A DNA stretch of 64,000 bases from Tubulanus polymorphus (taxonomy: Eukaryota > Animalia > Nemertea), in assembly GCF_964204645.1 (NCBI RefSeq), contig NC_134027.1, positions 4,558,485-4,622,484 on the forward strand. The letters run 5' to 3'. Position numbers and translations under genes: made by a program. The notes beneath the pieces are model-generated. The model saw nothing but the letters and a program-made list of their open reading frames with translations. It ran no database searches and was not told where the DNA came from. Below, piece by piece: positions 48,758-63,433 of the stretch; within the stretch, counting starts at the first letter, position 1; every line of letters starts with the position of its first letter.

Positions 48758-50596
48758 AACTACAGCTCTAAATACAAAACAAATTAATTAATAATTCAAC
48801 ATTTGTTAGTGCAGCAACTCTTGATTGTTAGCAGGTTTAGCGACACTTACAGAGGGTAGGCCTAATACTGGAACGTTAGATAATGCACAGGAGGTGATGA
48901 TATGGCTGCCAAGCCAGGGAGTAAAGATTTTCATAGGTTGACTTACATTAAGGTTCGCAATCAGAATCATATGATTATGATGAGATTATTTTGAAATTGT
49001 TGCAAAAATAATGTTATACTTGTTGTGCAACTCTTGCCAAATTAATGATTGTGTCAATTAATTACGACAAAAGCCTCACTCTTCTTTATTATAAGGCTCG
49101 CTATTCATAATCTATCTAAAAGTAGGCCTATTAATATTATACTAGTAGCTCGACACCAAACAGTAATCTAAATTTAGCATCCCCACTATCAAGATAATAT
49201 TGGTGAGCGATCATCAGACCTGCCTAGGCTAGCTCTAGAGACAACCTACATGTTTTTAATTAATGGCAATTTACATTTTTCTAAATAACAACAATACACC
49301 CAACAATTTTCAACTAACGTTAAATTACCTCCGGGTAGGGATCGGGAATGCTCAACATATATCCTTCCATCAATTCATTGACATATTCGCAGAATCAGTC
49401 TCACTTAGAGAACAAAATTCTGTCCATTTTATACGTTCGTACTGCTGGCAACCTCTACCGAACACAAAATATTGACAAATCATAAATTTGACGTGTCCAT
49501 TCTGGATATAATAAAGATTTCCCCAATCTGGAAATGTTTTGTGACTGGCTCTCACGTTCATCGAGGAAGGCTCCGATAATATCATACTGTCCATATTCCT
49601 GCTCGGAGACGCCCGTTCTCTTCTATGTACCATCGAAATTAATGAATAGAATATATAAATACTCTTTTAGTAATTCTTAGAACCACTTACTTAGCGGCCA
49701 ATTTTCTAACAGCTAACAGCAGATTTTTACCATTTAGAATTTAAGTGTAGTATTTTGTATTAAAAGAGAATGACTGAAAACAGATAATATCATAGAAGTA
49801 AACTGATTAGCCCTTACATCAGGACAGACCCGGAAATGAAAGCGAAGGAGGCGTTTTCGGTTTCATGTTTTGGCGTTCGTATAAGTGGATTGTCACATTA
49901 CACTGGATTATTTAGTTAGGTTCGTGGCGACCAAACCTACCTTTATCACTCACTGCCTCGCTATGCCAATTTTCTGTTGTAGGCTTATAACATAAAGCCT
50001 GCAGAAATAAAAGTTTTAAACAACCAGAAGAAAACCTTAAAAACTACCCGCCTTTACACAGTAGGCTACCTACAGTAAAATAATTTTACCTACACTACTG
50101 TCACACCTTGTCACAGTGACAATCACTGCTACGGGCCTTACCAGACTATGTTCCAGTTCCCTAATACGAACAATTTTGCTTTATGCACTGATGATTGTGC
50201 TGGTGGACCAACTACCGTCCTGTAACAGCATGACCGCTGATATAGGGTTACCTGCCAGCCAGTTCAGGTTTGCTTTCAGTGGCGTTGGAAGTGCAGTGAC
50301 TGCAGTGGCGAAAGCCGCGGCAATAATTTACTGAATGACGTTTTCTTTTCTTTGAATACCACGTTTTTTAAGAAATTAAGTAAATTTGCCGCAGCAAAAT
50401 TGAGAACCTGTCCAAAATTGGTATTTGGCCGCAGCAATAAAAAATTGCTTCCAACGCGCCAGGCTTTACACCTACACTCTTGCCCAGCTGTACAACATGA
50501 CAAACAGCATATCACTCAGATGCAATATACACTCGTTTGTTGTTTAGTGTGTCCTGATTTTAATTTCAGTGTCATTGAGAGTTTAGTGCGCAAATA

Positions 50597-53500
50597 ATGG
50601 CAAACATCGAAGTTGCTGGATCTGAAGGCTTGCGATCGCGGAGTGTTTCAGAACGCAGGAGACTCGCAAAATATGGTGCCACATTCGAACCACCAACTGA
50701 TGACGCTATTTTCTATCCACATGATGATGATCATTCATTTTTTGCTAGAGTAAAGTTTGAACACCATATTTTAGATGATACTTTTATAGGCTTTATACTC
50801 CAGAGCTTGAAAAGATTATAATTGTATTGTTAAGTAAATATGATGAGTGATGATGTATCGATTTAGGGGCGAGACTTTGAAAGCATATATGTCAATCACA
50901 AGTATACGGAAAAGGAGCGAGAAACGCTGGGAACATATGAAAGTTTAGATTATTTACCATCGCATAGTGAGGTCTATAAACATTGGCTAAAACGACAGCC
51001 CAGAAGGTATGTATTCAGTTCAGATCCTTTTAGAGTCTTTTTTATGATGATATGCTATATTTTGATTTATAACTTATTTCTAGATTGGATTGGGATCGTT
51101 GGATTATGATGGGTTTCATTGGATTTGCAGTTGGATTTATTGGTTTCTTGCTGCATCAACTTATTGACATCATTTCTGATTTTAAGTGGGAAAAAGCCAG
51201 TGAATTTATCCATGTAATATTTCATGAACTGTTTTAGTCTTTTGATATTCATTGGATATGAATAGCCTAATATGTTGCCTATTTCAGGATAGAGAATTCG
51301 TATTTGCTTGGCTATTTGTGGTTGGTTATAGCATATTGTTTGTACTCCTAAGCGCTGCCTTGGTTGTAGTAAGTAAAAGATTGAATTTGCGTCATTTTCA
51401 TTGCAAAGTAATTCCTAACATTGTTCATTGACAAACTATTCTTTATGAATTTGCAGTTTTTCCGTCCAAGTGCTGGTGGGTCTGGCATTCCTGAAGTGAT
51501 AGGATTTCTCAATGGAGCAATAGTACGTCATATATTTAATGTAAAAACTTTGTTTGTGAAGTTTTTCTCGTGTGCATTTGCTGTTGCTGCCGGTTTACCA
51601 GTAGGTCCTGAAGGCCCAATGATTCACATGGGGTAAAGTGACGCTATTTGCAAAGTCATGCCTGTAGTTTTATTTTGACTTGATATCAAAATTATGCATG
51701 ATCTCTTTTCAAAACTTGCAGAAGTCTCGTTGGAGCTGGTTTAAGTCAGTTTAAATCTGACACTCTTAGATTCAAGATGCCTTTCTTTGAAAGATTTCGC
51801 AACTCTGAAGACAGGTGAGCAATTTTGAGTTTTTGATACAGCTTAGTTTTTTAAGCTAAACCCATTGTACATGTAGATACAAACTCTTTTCAGGCGTAAC
51901 TTCATATCTGCTGGCGCTGGTGCTGGAATTGCATCTGCATTTGGTGCACCTGTTGGTGGCCTGCTGTTTTCTATGGAAGAGGTGTCATCATTCTGGAATA
52001 TGAAATTGTCTTGGCAGATATTTTTCTGTTGTATGGTGTCAGCATTCACAACTGATCTATTCAATTCAGCATTTGAAGGCTTTCAATATAAAGGCGATTT
52101 CGGTCTGTTCAAAATCGATAAATATATTCTTTTCCATGTAAGTTAATTGGCATTTGATAAGAAATTAAAATTAAAAATTAAAGAAATAATAATGACTACC
52201 AACAAAACGGATTTGTGAAATGAAAATAAAGATGATTATTCCTTTATACCTTATTCCAGGTCAATAAAGGTATTGCAGTAAATATACTGGCGTTCATACC
52301 ATCTATGCTGCTTGGAGTTATTGGTGGAATATCTGGTTCGCTGTTTACATTTCTCAACCTGAAGATTGCTCGAGCAAGACGTCGTTTTCTCTCAAAAGTT
52401 AGATCTGAAGGAGTGCAGAAGTTTTTGCGGCTTTTTGAACCGGTCGTCATCATGGTATGTACTGTAAAATACATTATAAAATACAGATTATACAGTCAGC
52501 GTTCAGATATGTATTCATTTGAAATATGCATTATTTTTCAGATTGTCTTCGCAACAATTTCTGTCTTTTTGCCTTCAGCATTTGGATGCAGTCCATATTC
52601 GTGCATAAAAAATGGAAATGATAGAGAAGTCAGGTATATACAGTACATCTTTCATTTCTCACAATTTTGTGTTGGATATTGTATTTCTTGTCTTTGATGT
52701 GGTCTATTTTGACTTATTCTATATCAATTGTTCAAATTTTCTAGTCCTAATTGTTTGGAATCACCAAGGCACCCACTTCACACCGAGCCATCTGTACAGG
52801 TTTACACTTGTCCTCCTGGTGTTGTGGTAAAAAATGAAAATTTCACATTTACTAACAAGTCGTTTAACCAGAGTATGTAGACTTCTTCTTGGTTCTACAG
52901 GAACCTTGTTGATATTAGATATAATGTTATCAGCTAACATAATGATAATGAGAAATTGTTTTGACTTTATAGTGGCTACTTTACTGTTTGTAACTGGTGA
53001 GGAAGCTATACATCATCTCTTCTCACGCAATACGCACCTCGAGTTTGATTATGGGCCTCTTTTTGTTGTACTCGCTTGCTACTTTCTATTGGCTTGTTGG
53101 GCGGCTGGTACCTCTGTATCGAGTGGACTCGTAGTTCCCATGTTGTAAGTTGAAAGTGTTGTTGAAGCTTGATTTCATGAGCTACTAACATATTGCCATT
53201 AGGTTACATACTAGCAATATTTGTTTTAACAGATTTATTGGAGGACTTTATGGAAGAATTGTTGGTCGAGTTATGGTTTCTGCATTTGGTGTACATGATG
53301 AACAAAATGGTTACTGGGCATGGATGGATCCCGGAGCATTTGCTTTGATTGGAGCCGCATCGTTTTTTGGTGGAGTATCAAGACTGACCATGTCATTGAC
53401 CGTTATCATGGTAATATATATCATAATGATGTTGAGTGGTATTTCATGAATATTTACCTGGTGAGAAACAGCTAACGTTGATTTTTTTTCAGATGGAAAT

Positions 53501-55608
53501 TACTAATGATATACAGTTCCTGTTGTTGATAATGGTGGCGATCATGTTTGCTAAATGGGTTGGTGATTTTGTAACGCATCCATTATATCACGCTTTACTT
53601 GAAATGAAATGTATTCCATTCCTCGATGCTGAACCTGTCATCGTTCACGATGAAAAGGATACGTAAGTTCATGAACAGAAATTCACTCCGAAATTTACTC
53701 TAATTTTCATTCCATTATTCTTAGTCAATTTCATTGAATTCTAGGTTGAATTTAGAGTTATTCCAGGCCAAACATGTAATGGCTATACCACCGATATGTC
53801 TGCATCTGAAGGAACCAGTCTCCCGTCTAGCTCATCTGCTGTTAGATACTCCGCATGGTGGTTTTCCAATTGTGAAAAAACTGCGCAATGGTGAAGTTGT
53901 CTTCTTTGGTTTTATAACCAGGTATATGATCATTGAACTTCAAATCTCATGAATTTTCTAACAATACTAACATTGTACTGGTATTTTTTGTGAGAGATTA
54001 ATAATAATTAGAAGCATCTTGCTGAATTGGCAGTCTTACAAAGTTGATCTTATATTTCATATTCCTGATTAAACGATTAAATGTCTCCATTAGGCTCGAG
54101 ATCACATTGATTTTGAAATATGAGAAAATATTCGAACACACTGGATATATTCATGATATACATGGTATGGAGGATAGCATGCCAGCATTTGAATTAGCTG
54201 ATATCAGTTATAACGAGGTATCCGCATCATCTGCTTCTCCGATGTTCAAACGCAAATGAGAAAAAATATTTCATATATCGCTTATTGATGATTTATGGCA
54301 CATGCATCGCTTCCAGTAAAAACACCAAGCTGAAAGAAACTTTGGTGAAGGACATATATGTAGCTTATAAACTATGAAGAAGCTTATTTTTACATGTATC
54401 GATATTGATTGTCACACTGATTCCCTGGCTATTATTCCCAGTCATTATATATCCAGGGGCGGATCTAAGTGATGGTCTCAGGGGTCCGGACCTCTGTATT
54501 GCCATAGGTTGCCCTTTTTGTCATGACCGGCGTGATAAAACCTGCAAATTTGACCCTTGTAATATCAGAAATTGCATCTTTTTGGGTTCATGTCTTCAAA
54601 AATATCTAATATTGAGGGAGGGACCCCACTAGTGACCATTGACATGGCTGTTTTTCTTTTCTTTCAATTTTCTTAGATCCGCCTCTGATAGCAAAGATCC
54701 ATTTCCTCACTATGATCTATAATCATTCATTCCTTATTGTCAAATCATTAAATGAAATGAGATGTTATGTTATTCAACAGGTTAGAACTAGCGACAATAA
54801 TGAAGTCTGAGGATTTATTTATTGAAGATAGCCGTGATTTGTATGATGACGATATAATACCTGATATCAGCCCCTTAGAATATGTCGAGGTATTATACAT
54901 AAAATAATCATCGATTATTTCATTGTGGTTTATATTTTGTATACCTGGTATTTCAAGATAGTTAATTCTATGATGATTCCATTGACAATCTTTTGCTTTC
55001 AATTTATATTTGCATGATACACCTTACTGTCGCTATACAAAATACATATTCTTCCAGTGCTTATTATGATTTATCTTAGTACTTAATAGATGGCTGATTG
55101 TACTTGATAATTTTGCATTTTCATTTTATCTTATTCCACAAATCTACAAATCCACATGCCTTTGATAACTGTAATTTTTTTGCAGTTGACTTTGGACAAA
55201 CTTGAGAATCCAGCTGGAATTGAGAGTATGTTATCCCAGTATTGTAATGATGATAAGTACACTAGTCAATATGTTAATTTGGTGAGTTTAACGGAGGTTT
55301 GGAATGGACTGCTTTCTTCACTATTTCACTTTCTTAACTTAATCATGTAACTTTTCTTAATGCAGTTGCCATATGTCAACCAGTCAGCAGTATGCATTCC
55401 TGAGAAGTTTTCATTGCATCGTACTTATATCATCTTCCGGACGCTTGGTTTGCGTCACTTAACTGTTGTGGATGAGAAAAATCATGTAGTTGGCGTTATT
55501 ACGAGAAAAGATTTGATGGGTTTCTCAATGGAGGAACGGTTATCGAGTTTGATTCATTCCGGGGGATATCGTCACGCCACTGAAGTTGAAATGGAGCAGA
55601 GAACCTGA
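50597..55608 (+). CDS. CLC-family chloride transporter (CLC-6/7-related, 'CLC-c-like'), probable Cl-/H+ exchanger with two CBS domains
   Basis: YESLDY, GSGIPE, GLPVGPEGPMIH, GAGAGIASAFGAPVGGLLFSMEEVSS, SGLVVPML, PLYHALL, CBS1 HGGFPIV, CBS2 FRTLGLRHLTVVD..VVGVITRKDL; TGA at 55606-55608. Confidence 0.93.
54454..54687. mobile_element. MITE with CAGGGGCGGATCTAAG termini
   Basis: 16-bp TIR with one mismatch (CAGGGGCGGATCTAAG / CTTAGATCCGCCTCTG); no clear TSD; a degenerate relative may lie at ~21790-22024. Confidence 0.75.
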
Positions 55609-58600
55609 TTAGAAGTAGGTACCAGTCCACTGACCTGCATGTTAGTTCATATGAGTATGAATAGATGGCGTATAGGGGCTATGTACAAAGTTCATGATTC
55701 ACCGGCTCCCAACTAGTGGAGACACGTGGCGGGCAATATTTTTTATTTCATATTTACCACTCATTTCTTAATTATTTATAAAATGAAATAAGATTATCAT
55801 GATGTATAAACATAGACGTAGATTTCGACCAGAAGAATGAAAAATTTAAATTTTTCGTGTAAAAACAAAGGTGTCATTAGGTATTATTTGATAGTTTACG
55901 ACACTGGCTTCATGTTTGTAGCACGCATTTGTGATTGTCAACATTGATACTGTGACTGAAATAGTATGCGATCAACTTGATATGATATCTATTCAAACTG
56001 TGAGATAAAATGTGTGATATATCATCTCATCAAAACTGTCTATCGCGAGAGGTCAGAATTGTTGAACAGATAAGCAAATGATTGCATTTCTCTTTGGTTA
56101 GGGCTACGGAGTTGGTAATTAAAATTCTCAGAAAAGCTAGTTTAGTGGGTAAAGCATCTTTGCACCGTAGATGCGTATGAAATAAAGTTATTTGAATACA
56201 TACACTTAATTACTATATCATCCGCAACAGTTGTTTGAAAATGCTTATTGTAATAGTTCACTCTTGGGTTCATTGAAATTGTTTCTGATGAAGTCATCTA
56301 TAACGGGTTTGAAATATAACTCGACAATATATTAACCAACTATCAATACCATCTGTAATACAGCGTTTGAAATTGAAAGAAAATTCTGCAGTTGTTTTCA
56401 TTCAGTATTGAAGACACTTCTCTTGTCATTAAGCAGTATTAATTAATCTATTCAAGGTTCAATAAACACCTGTGATATTTACAAATAGTCAATTTGTTTG
56501 GAATATACTGTAACAATCATTCGCCCAACAAAAGCTAGAAAACCGTGGAATCTTCTCGGCCTGTAGTGAAGTAGTTTTTGTGATCATATATCTTCCAGGT
56601 GGCATCTGAATGTGACAGTTCGAGCCATTCATTGACTAGAATTACACACCTCAATTGCTTAAATGCATCAAAGTTGGGCACTTTTTCTCTTAACACATCC
56701 TCGATTGCTGACAATTGTTTATTTATTTCGTTTGTGCGTTATCACTTTATTTATTTTGATATTTTAAGTCAATTTTGAAAACAATTTAGCAGTTGGCATA
56801 AAACGGCAACGATTTTGAAGCCCCCTACTTATCTACCAAATAATGTGAATAACCATATGCTGTTGTTAAATAATCAATTATATATCATAGTTTTGGATTT
56901 CATATCCATAAAATTCCACTTATTTCTCGAAATCATTATAGCCCTCTTTAATCGATTTTGAGTATTTAGAATATTGTTGTTGAGAGACTATTAATTTCAA
57001 CAGTCAGTCCGTAATAGAAATAAGTAAGTAATATAGTATCGTCTGGCTCCACACTATTGTTATGGCAAATGACGACATTTTGCATTGTTTGTGGTCGTGT
57101 GTCAACATTTAGGTTGTTGATAACTTTCATCAATTTGAAAAAGGCACCAGCGCATTGAAATCGTCATTAAGTACGTGAATTCTTCAATTAACGACAGTTC
57201 GAGCTGTTGAACGTAGACTGCGTGTCGACGAGAAGTACGTTCGATTCCGATGTGACATCGTGTGCGCCGTGTGCCCGTGCAGCAGTGGTCACTGAAAAAT
57301 GAATCATTAGTTTTCTGTTCTCAAAGAAATATGTCTCTCCATTCATTACCGTATCTATAGAGCTGTGTCATTCTAAATGAAATATATCTTCGAACGTTTG
57401 TGAATGGATAACAAATTGTACAATTATGGAAATTGCAATCTTTGTTGTTCCGCAAAATGAAATTGTGTATCTGTTCCGTTCGAAAATCTTCATCATTCAA
57501 AACGCATTTTTCACAATGATTATGACTAAGCTCTAAACTAGAATCGCGATTCAATATAGAACGATTCATCCTTAACGATTAAATTTTTAATTTCTAATTA
57601 CATGAATACTACATGCTTCATGTCTGAGAATGATTATTGTATTTTCGATAATTTTTTTTTGTCCATACCGGTTCTTATCTTCTAGTTCACCTGAACCATG
57701 TCTGTCGTACACTTGTTTGACTAGTCGTTGGCAGGTCTGCCTCGGTAATGCAAGTCAAATGAAGCTGGAATAGGTGCCAGCATGATCAGATCTCTACCGA
57801 TTTTCTTCGCTTAATCTCCTGGGGGAAAACGACGGCCGTTGGGGATGTCGCGCAATCATTATGTGGTGCAACGAGGCATTGTGTTCAATATCTTGTTAAT
57901 TTGTGTTTGAGAGCGGCTGGATTACTCTTGTATCAATATGCAAATTATCTCATTCATTCAGCCACGATAGCTCACAAGTCACTTTCTCCGAAGATGCAAG
58001 CAGAGCATTTGTTTTTTCCTCCCTGGGGCTCATTTGACTTAGTGTTCAGGTCCATCGACGACAGTGTTCTTTTGTTTCCGACGGAAGACTTAAAATTAAA
58101 GCGAATTTGAAGTTGAAATGAAGCTTATTTTAGTCTCCTTTAATTCTAAACTAGAACATTGAAAACGACATATGAATATTTCATAGGACACCTGCCTCGG
58201 TACACTGAGCAGACAACTACAGACAAATTGTCAGTAGTTTCATTGAGTTTGCGTAAAACATCAATCAGCCAAACGAAGACATCGCTTAAGCCCACTGCCT
58301 GATTGTGGTTTGACAGTGAACAAATCCGTAGATAATGAAACCGTGATCATTTCCCTGCACAACTGAACGAGTTGTCGTAACTGTTGAGTTAGTGTCATTT
58401 AACCCCGTAATTACTGCGTCAAATCATATGAAATAGCGTTATTTCCATCTCTGACTACAGTAGTGCACAAAATGGCCTATAGTGGCTATGTACCTTCAAT
58501 GGAAGAGCGATGAAAAAGTATCACACTTCTCACGGATATTATCAATATCATTTATATCAACTAAAAACTTTTGAAAGTTTGAATAAGTTAATGGTAGACT

Positions 58601-61600
58601 GTTCCTGCCACCAAACTTTTTAAGGGCGTGGCATTGTCGTAGGAGGACATCTACGAGATTAAAAACGATAATTTCCCCCCGTCTGTGCATTGATTGTGAT
58701 TTCGTCTATTGCCGGTTTAGAACACCGAACATGTGACGATAATTATAGATGTTAATTCGTCGTGTCTGTATCACAGACATGTTACGCGATACGTGGACGT
58801 GGCGAGTGCTGTTGTAAGACGTTCAATTCGCTTCCTGTAGTGGACACAGCTTTGGCATGTGTCAATTTACTGTGTCCGGGTATCATTTAAGATGTTGGAA
58901 AAATGCTGGTGTTTTTAAGTTCCTGTAACACTAAAAGCAACTTCTCCCCGCAATTATCTTATTATTGTTTTGTGCACAGGAAGACTGTCAGTTCATGTCT
59001 GACAGCTTGGCTTCGGATGATTACTGATTTGTCGTACACTTCCGTCAACTCCTATCGAGAAATCAAGTCTTAAGGAATATCCTAACATCTGTATTTGAAA
59101 GTGTTGTGGATTGAATGCGTCCATATTTCTGTCTTGTACCCGGTAATTGTAAATTACATCACAAAAATAATGAAATAATGACGAAATCCTTACTGTCTTG
59201 TTATATACGATATGTATGTATGTATGCCTGCAGATGTTACAAACAAGTGATTTCCAGCCTTTTGTTGTGTGTGCACTTGTTGTGTCCACAGATTTCATCC
59301 GGAGGTTTATCTCAATCGAACTTATGATTAATAACCTGTTTTCAGACTGCTAAAAATTTTGAAATGTCATTTTCGTTTAAGATTTATTCTACAAACCAAT
59401 CATTGAATTCAGAAAATGAGAATTAAACAGCAAAGTTTAGATATAGCATGTGGGATTAACCAATTCTATCTCGTTTAGATATTGAAAGAGATTATATATA
59501 CTGAGAGAGATTTCGAAAAATGTTGCATAGAGCTTGATGATTATGTTCCTGAATTGATTAATCCGGTTTGGCCTATATGTATTCAAGGCACCTGTTACCA
59601 AACAAGAAAATTTTCCGATTTAGAAAGTTGAAAGAATGTCATAAATTATTTTCCCAGATTTGAACTTACTACGTCAACATGAATAGATTGTACGCCAAGC
59701 TGTGCGCCCTTATCTTATAATCTTATTATTTTCCATATACAAAATAAATTAGAAATCGAAAATTTCTCCATAGATAGGCCCCATACATGATAATGTGAGA
59801 CAATACCCACGACCATAAAAGGTTGAATTTTCCACTGACATTTCGATAAGCACCGATACTTTTTTCTATCTTGAAATAGGGGTTAACCGTTATTTATTTG
59901 ATTGGTAGATTTGGTTTGATTTGTTCTGATTTAGTGTCGACCACACCAGCCGGGGGCGAAACCGAGGATTTGTTTTTGAAATCGGAAATCGAAGTACAGG
60001 TTATTCGAATCGTCTGTGTTCAAACACTTGTTTTCTCTGCGCCACCAAAAATATGATCAGAAGAAAAAAAGTTTGTATTTGTTGCGGGTGGTTCTTTGTT
60101 GAAGCTGTATATTCATTGAGGCTTTTTATCGCATGAACTCCACCGGCTGGTTATTGAACCTGACAGATTACATGTGTCTGAAATGTTTCTTATCAGAGTT
60201 ACTGATGGTTAACGAGATGACACTTCTGTCGTTGGCTCCATGAATATTGCTGTTCGGGTGAGACATCTCACTTTTTGCTTCAAAATAAGCACATTTGAGA
60301 CGTACAGACATGTTGCACTTGTAATTAAAACGATACATTGAGCATGTTGAAACAATTGTATTTGGCTTTTAGCAGCAAGTGTTTTCTGTAAAGTAGATCA
60401 TTTGTTTTATAAACAAACTGATCATACTGGACAATATGGCGGGTTTGTCTAGACAGGATTTAAGAAAGTTCCCCGGCTAATCCCTGCTGGTTGCTCGTAT
60501 TTCCAGATTTGATATCGTACTTTTTTCGTGGTAGGAATCTTCCTTCAATATTTCCCGTAATCATTCTATTCTCAAAAGACAGCCAATCTTTTTGCTTTGA
60601 CGACGGTTGCTAACTTTATGGTTACTGAATTAGAGAGTAAATGATGAGCGCTATCTCCTTAAAACCTGCAGGTAATTGATTTTAAATTAGGTGAGTTGTT
60701 AGTTAACTGGTGACAGTTTGAAAAATGAGTGTGATTTTTATGCAGTTTTTTTGCTGATACTCTCCGATATATACCACGTTGTCTAGGGCCCCATGTGGTT
60801 CATGCAGATGTTCTTTCTGTTTATGATACTGTTTCAGATCCTCACAGCACATTGGAATAAGCCTTTGCAGATTGTCCCCTCTTACCTGTTGCCAAGGATG
60901 GCAAACCCTCATGCGACTTAAAATATATGATTTTTTGTCTGCACTGTCTGAAATCCTCCTCTCCCCAAAAATTCCATATCAATAATAACTCCCAGTCTAT
61001 TCTATTACTTCAATGTCTCCTTAGTTTTTTGCCGACATTGTTGACCTATTAGTATGCTGATTGTTGCATTGATCGAATGGGAGTTTAGAATTGTTCCTGG
61101 TTGGATTACATTCGCGCCCACTATGGGTTTGGGTATGTTTTGAAACAGCAGAGAAAAACTAAGTGTGAGTTCTGTATTTTAGTTGCTATGGTTTAAAGTT
61201 GTTAACAATTAAGAAGCTGATACAGCAAGTGTGTAATCATTGATGACAGATGTGCTCAATATGCTCAGTATCACCACACTTAAAATGTTTCTTTATCAAA
61301 ACACAAAATTCTACTTAAAATCAATAAACCCCTTATGGCGTAACTATTAACTACATCATAGAAACTCAAGTCATTTAAAACGTTTGATCAACAAACCGCA
61401 TTTAATTGGTTTTAGCAAAAATACTTAGGAAAATATTTTACTTTCCTTGAAATAGCTTTAAACATACAGAGATTCATTTAAAAATGTTTGCTGTGCAGTG
61501 TTTCGATGGTCTTTCTGTCATCAAATAAGTAGCGTTTATTTCAGTTACACGTTCTGTATCAAGTAGACAATAAGACACAACTATGACATAACTACAAACA

Positions 61601-63357
61601 ATGGTGCACTGTCCTAATGTAAAAATCGATCCCCTTTTTGAATGTTTCGATACTTTATATTCTCTGTTATCAGATTATTGACAATGTGGGGTAGAAGTCG
61701 TATATCACAAAATTCTCATTTTCAACATCTGTCTCTTCCGAATGTTGGAAGCATATAATAGTTATTCTTTTATGGTGACATTACTTTTATGGTGATTTTA
61801 CCTCAATAAACTTGATTTTTAGTCATGGAAACAAGAAAATATTGTGACATTTTAGATACTGGAATAAGATGCAGTATTCAGAGCCAATATATTTGATATT
61901 AGTGATTATTTGCCAAAGAAAGATACCTGTTTTAGTGTTCAGCTACAAAGCCTTTCATCACTGAGTTTAATTTCCATTTTAATTGGCGATAAGCAGATCC
62001 TTGCAACCAACTCAAGTCTTAACCTCTCAATGAATTTATTCATTGGATGGATTTAAAAAGAAAAAAAACCCACCAAAGATCAATTGATTTTGTTTCCCTG
62101 TCTTGATGAATGATTAAACTTCATTTTAACTAGGTAGTACAATAGGTCAGACATTCAGTATCTGTTAGGATTTTGATATTCCTGAAGAATGATGGTAATA
62201 CCGACCTTGTATACCCATACATGCAGAATACTTTTTTTTCAATCAGATTAGATTGTCATTGTTTATTGCGATGATGATCGCCTTGGTTGTGAGGTTAGGC
62301 GTCAATATTCGCAACGTGGCAACTCAGTTTCAATAAAATAAACTATTGAGAATACGCAAATCTGCTTGATTGATTACACAAAGAATAATTGTTTGAATCA
62401 AATGAAGACAAATCGTTCAAAAGTGGCGCGTTTCAATGCGAACAATGAAAACAAAAAAGACAAAAAACATCTTCCCATTTTCATAGAATATGTCGAGACA
62501 TTCAAAGGAATGAACTGGAAAAATGTTAGAGTTTGTAAAACAATAATAATTCTTCCAATTTCTCGAGAAATTTAGCATTTCTTCAGCGAATGCCCGTTGG
62601 GGAAGGGATTATGTATGCTGTATTTTCTCACATAATACTGTGGCCAATGACCGTATCATAATTCATGACAAGGGATTGTTTGGGAGTTTTCAAGGGCAAA
62701 CTGCCAGTTAAAGGCATTACATATTTATGGTGACATGTTTTTCGAAAAGATAATACTGATCAAAGGAAATGCTTCGACTGGGATCAGAACAGAAATTCTC
62801 TTTTGACATCAGTATGCAAGTGACAAGCTGTGATTAATTGTCACCATATGCTGCACCCTTAGCCATTAAAAACCGTCGCTTAAGTCCATGTATTTTACAG
62901 ATGCTGAATGACAAGTGTTCATCACATTCAATGATAATAAATAAATCACTGGCACAATAATCTATGATCAAATGATATATATGATAATATATATATATAT
63001 ATACGGAGGAAGTTTCAGGGTATCTTATAAAAGTACATGATGTATATTCCTAGTGTTATTTGTATTCATTAATTTGTATTAATTTTACATGAAAATAAAA
63101 TCATAAATCATATATTTGTTCTTAGCTATCTTTCTTAGTTCGACGTTCAGGCCCAAAGCCGGGAATTATCAATCATTGGTGGATCGTTATTCCAAAAGAA
63201 CAACATTTCACATCAAATAAAAATACGAAAGAAACAACTCTTCGGTTGGTGACAGACGTGCTTATGACAGTTCATAAACTTATCACTGCTGAATGTAAAA
63301 GAAAGAAATTGAATTTCCGCTCTTTCCAAATGCTAAAAAATTGGGAAAATCAAGGAC

Positions 63358-63433
63358 TTATCAAGAATTTGAACCTGCGACCTGCATAAAATGGTGTCTC
63401 TTATACCGTGCCCTAACCATTGCGCCACAGAAC
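63358..63433 (-). pseudogene. tRNA pseudogene or tRNA-derived SINE head
   Basis: Minus strand: TGGCGCAATGGTTAG (A box/D arm) ... GGTTCAAATTC (B box); anticodon and acceptor stems do not pair. Confidence 0.55.

Noticed and set aside
54218-54226. Exon A donor GTATCCGC as a U12 site (spliceosome-incompatibility mechanism for the exclusive exons)
   Set aside because: Lacks the TT of GTATCCTT, and I see no CCTTAAC branch point before the downstream acceptors; likely a U2 donor.
63358-63433. Functional tRNA gene
   Set aside because: A and B boxes present but acceptor and anticodon stems do not pair; recorded as pseudogene/SINE head.
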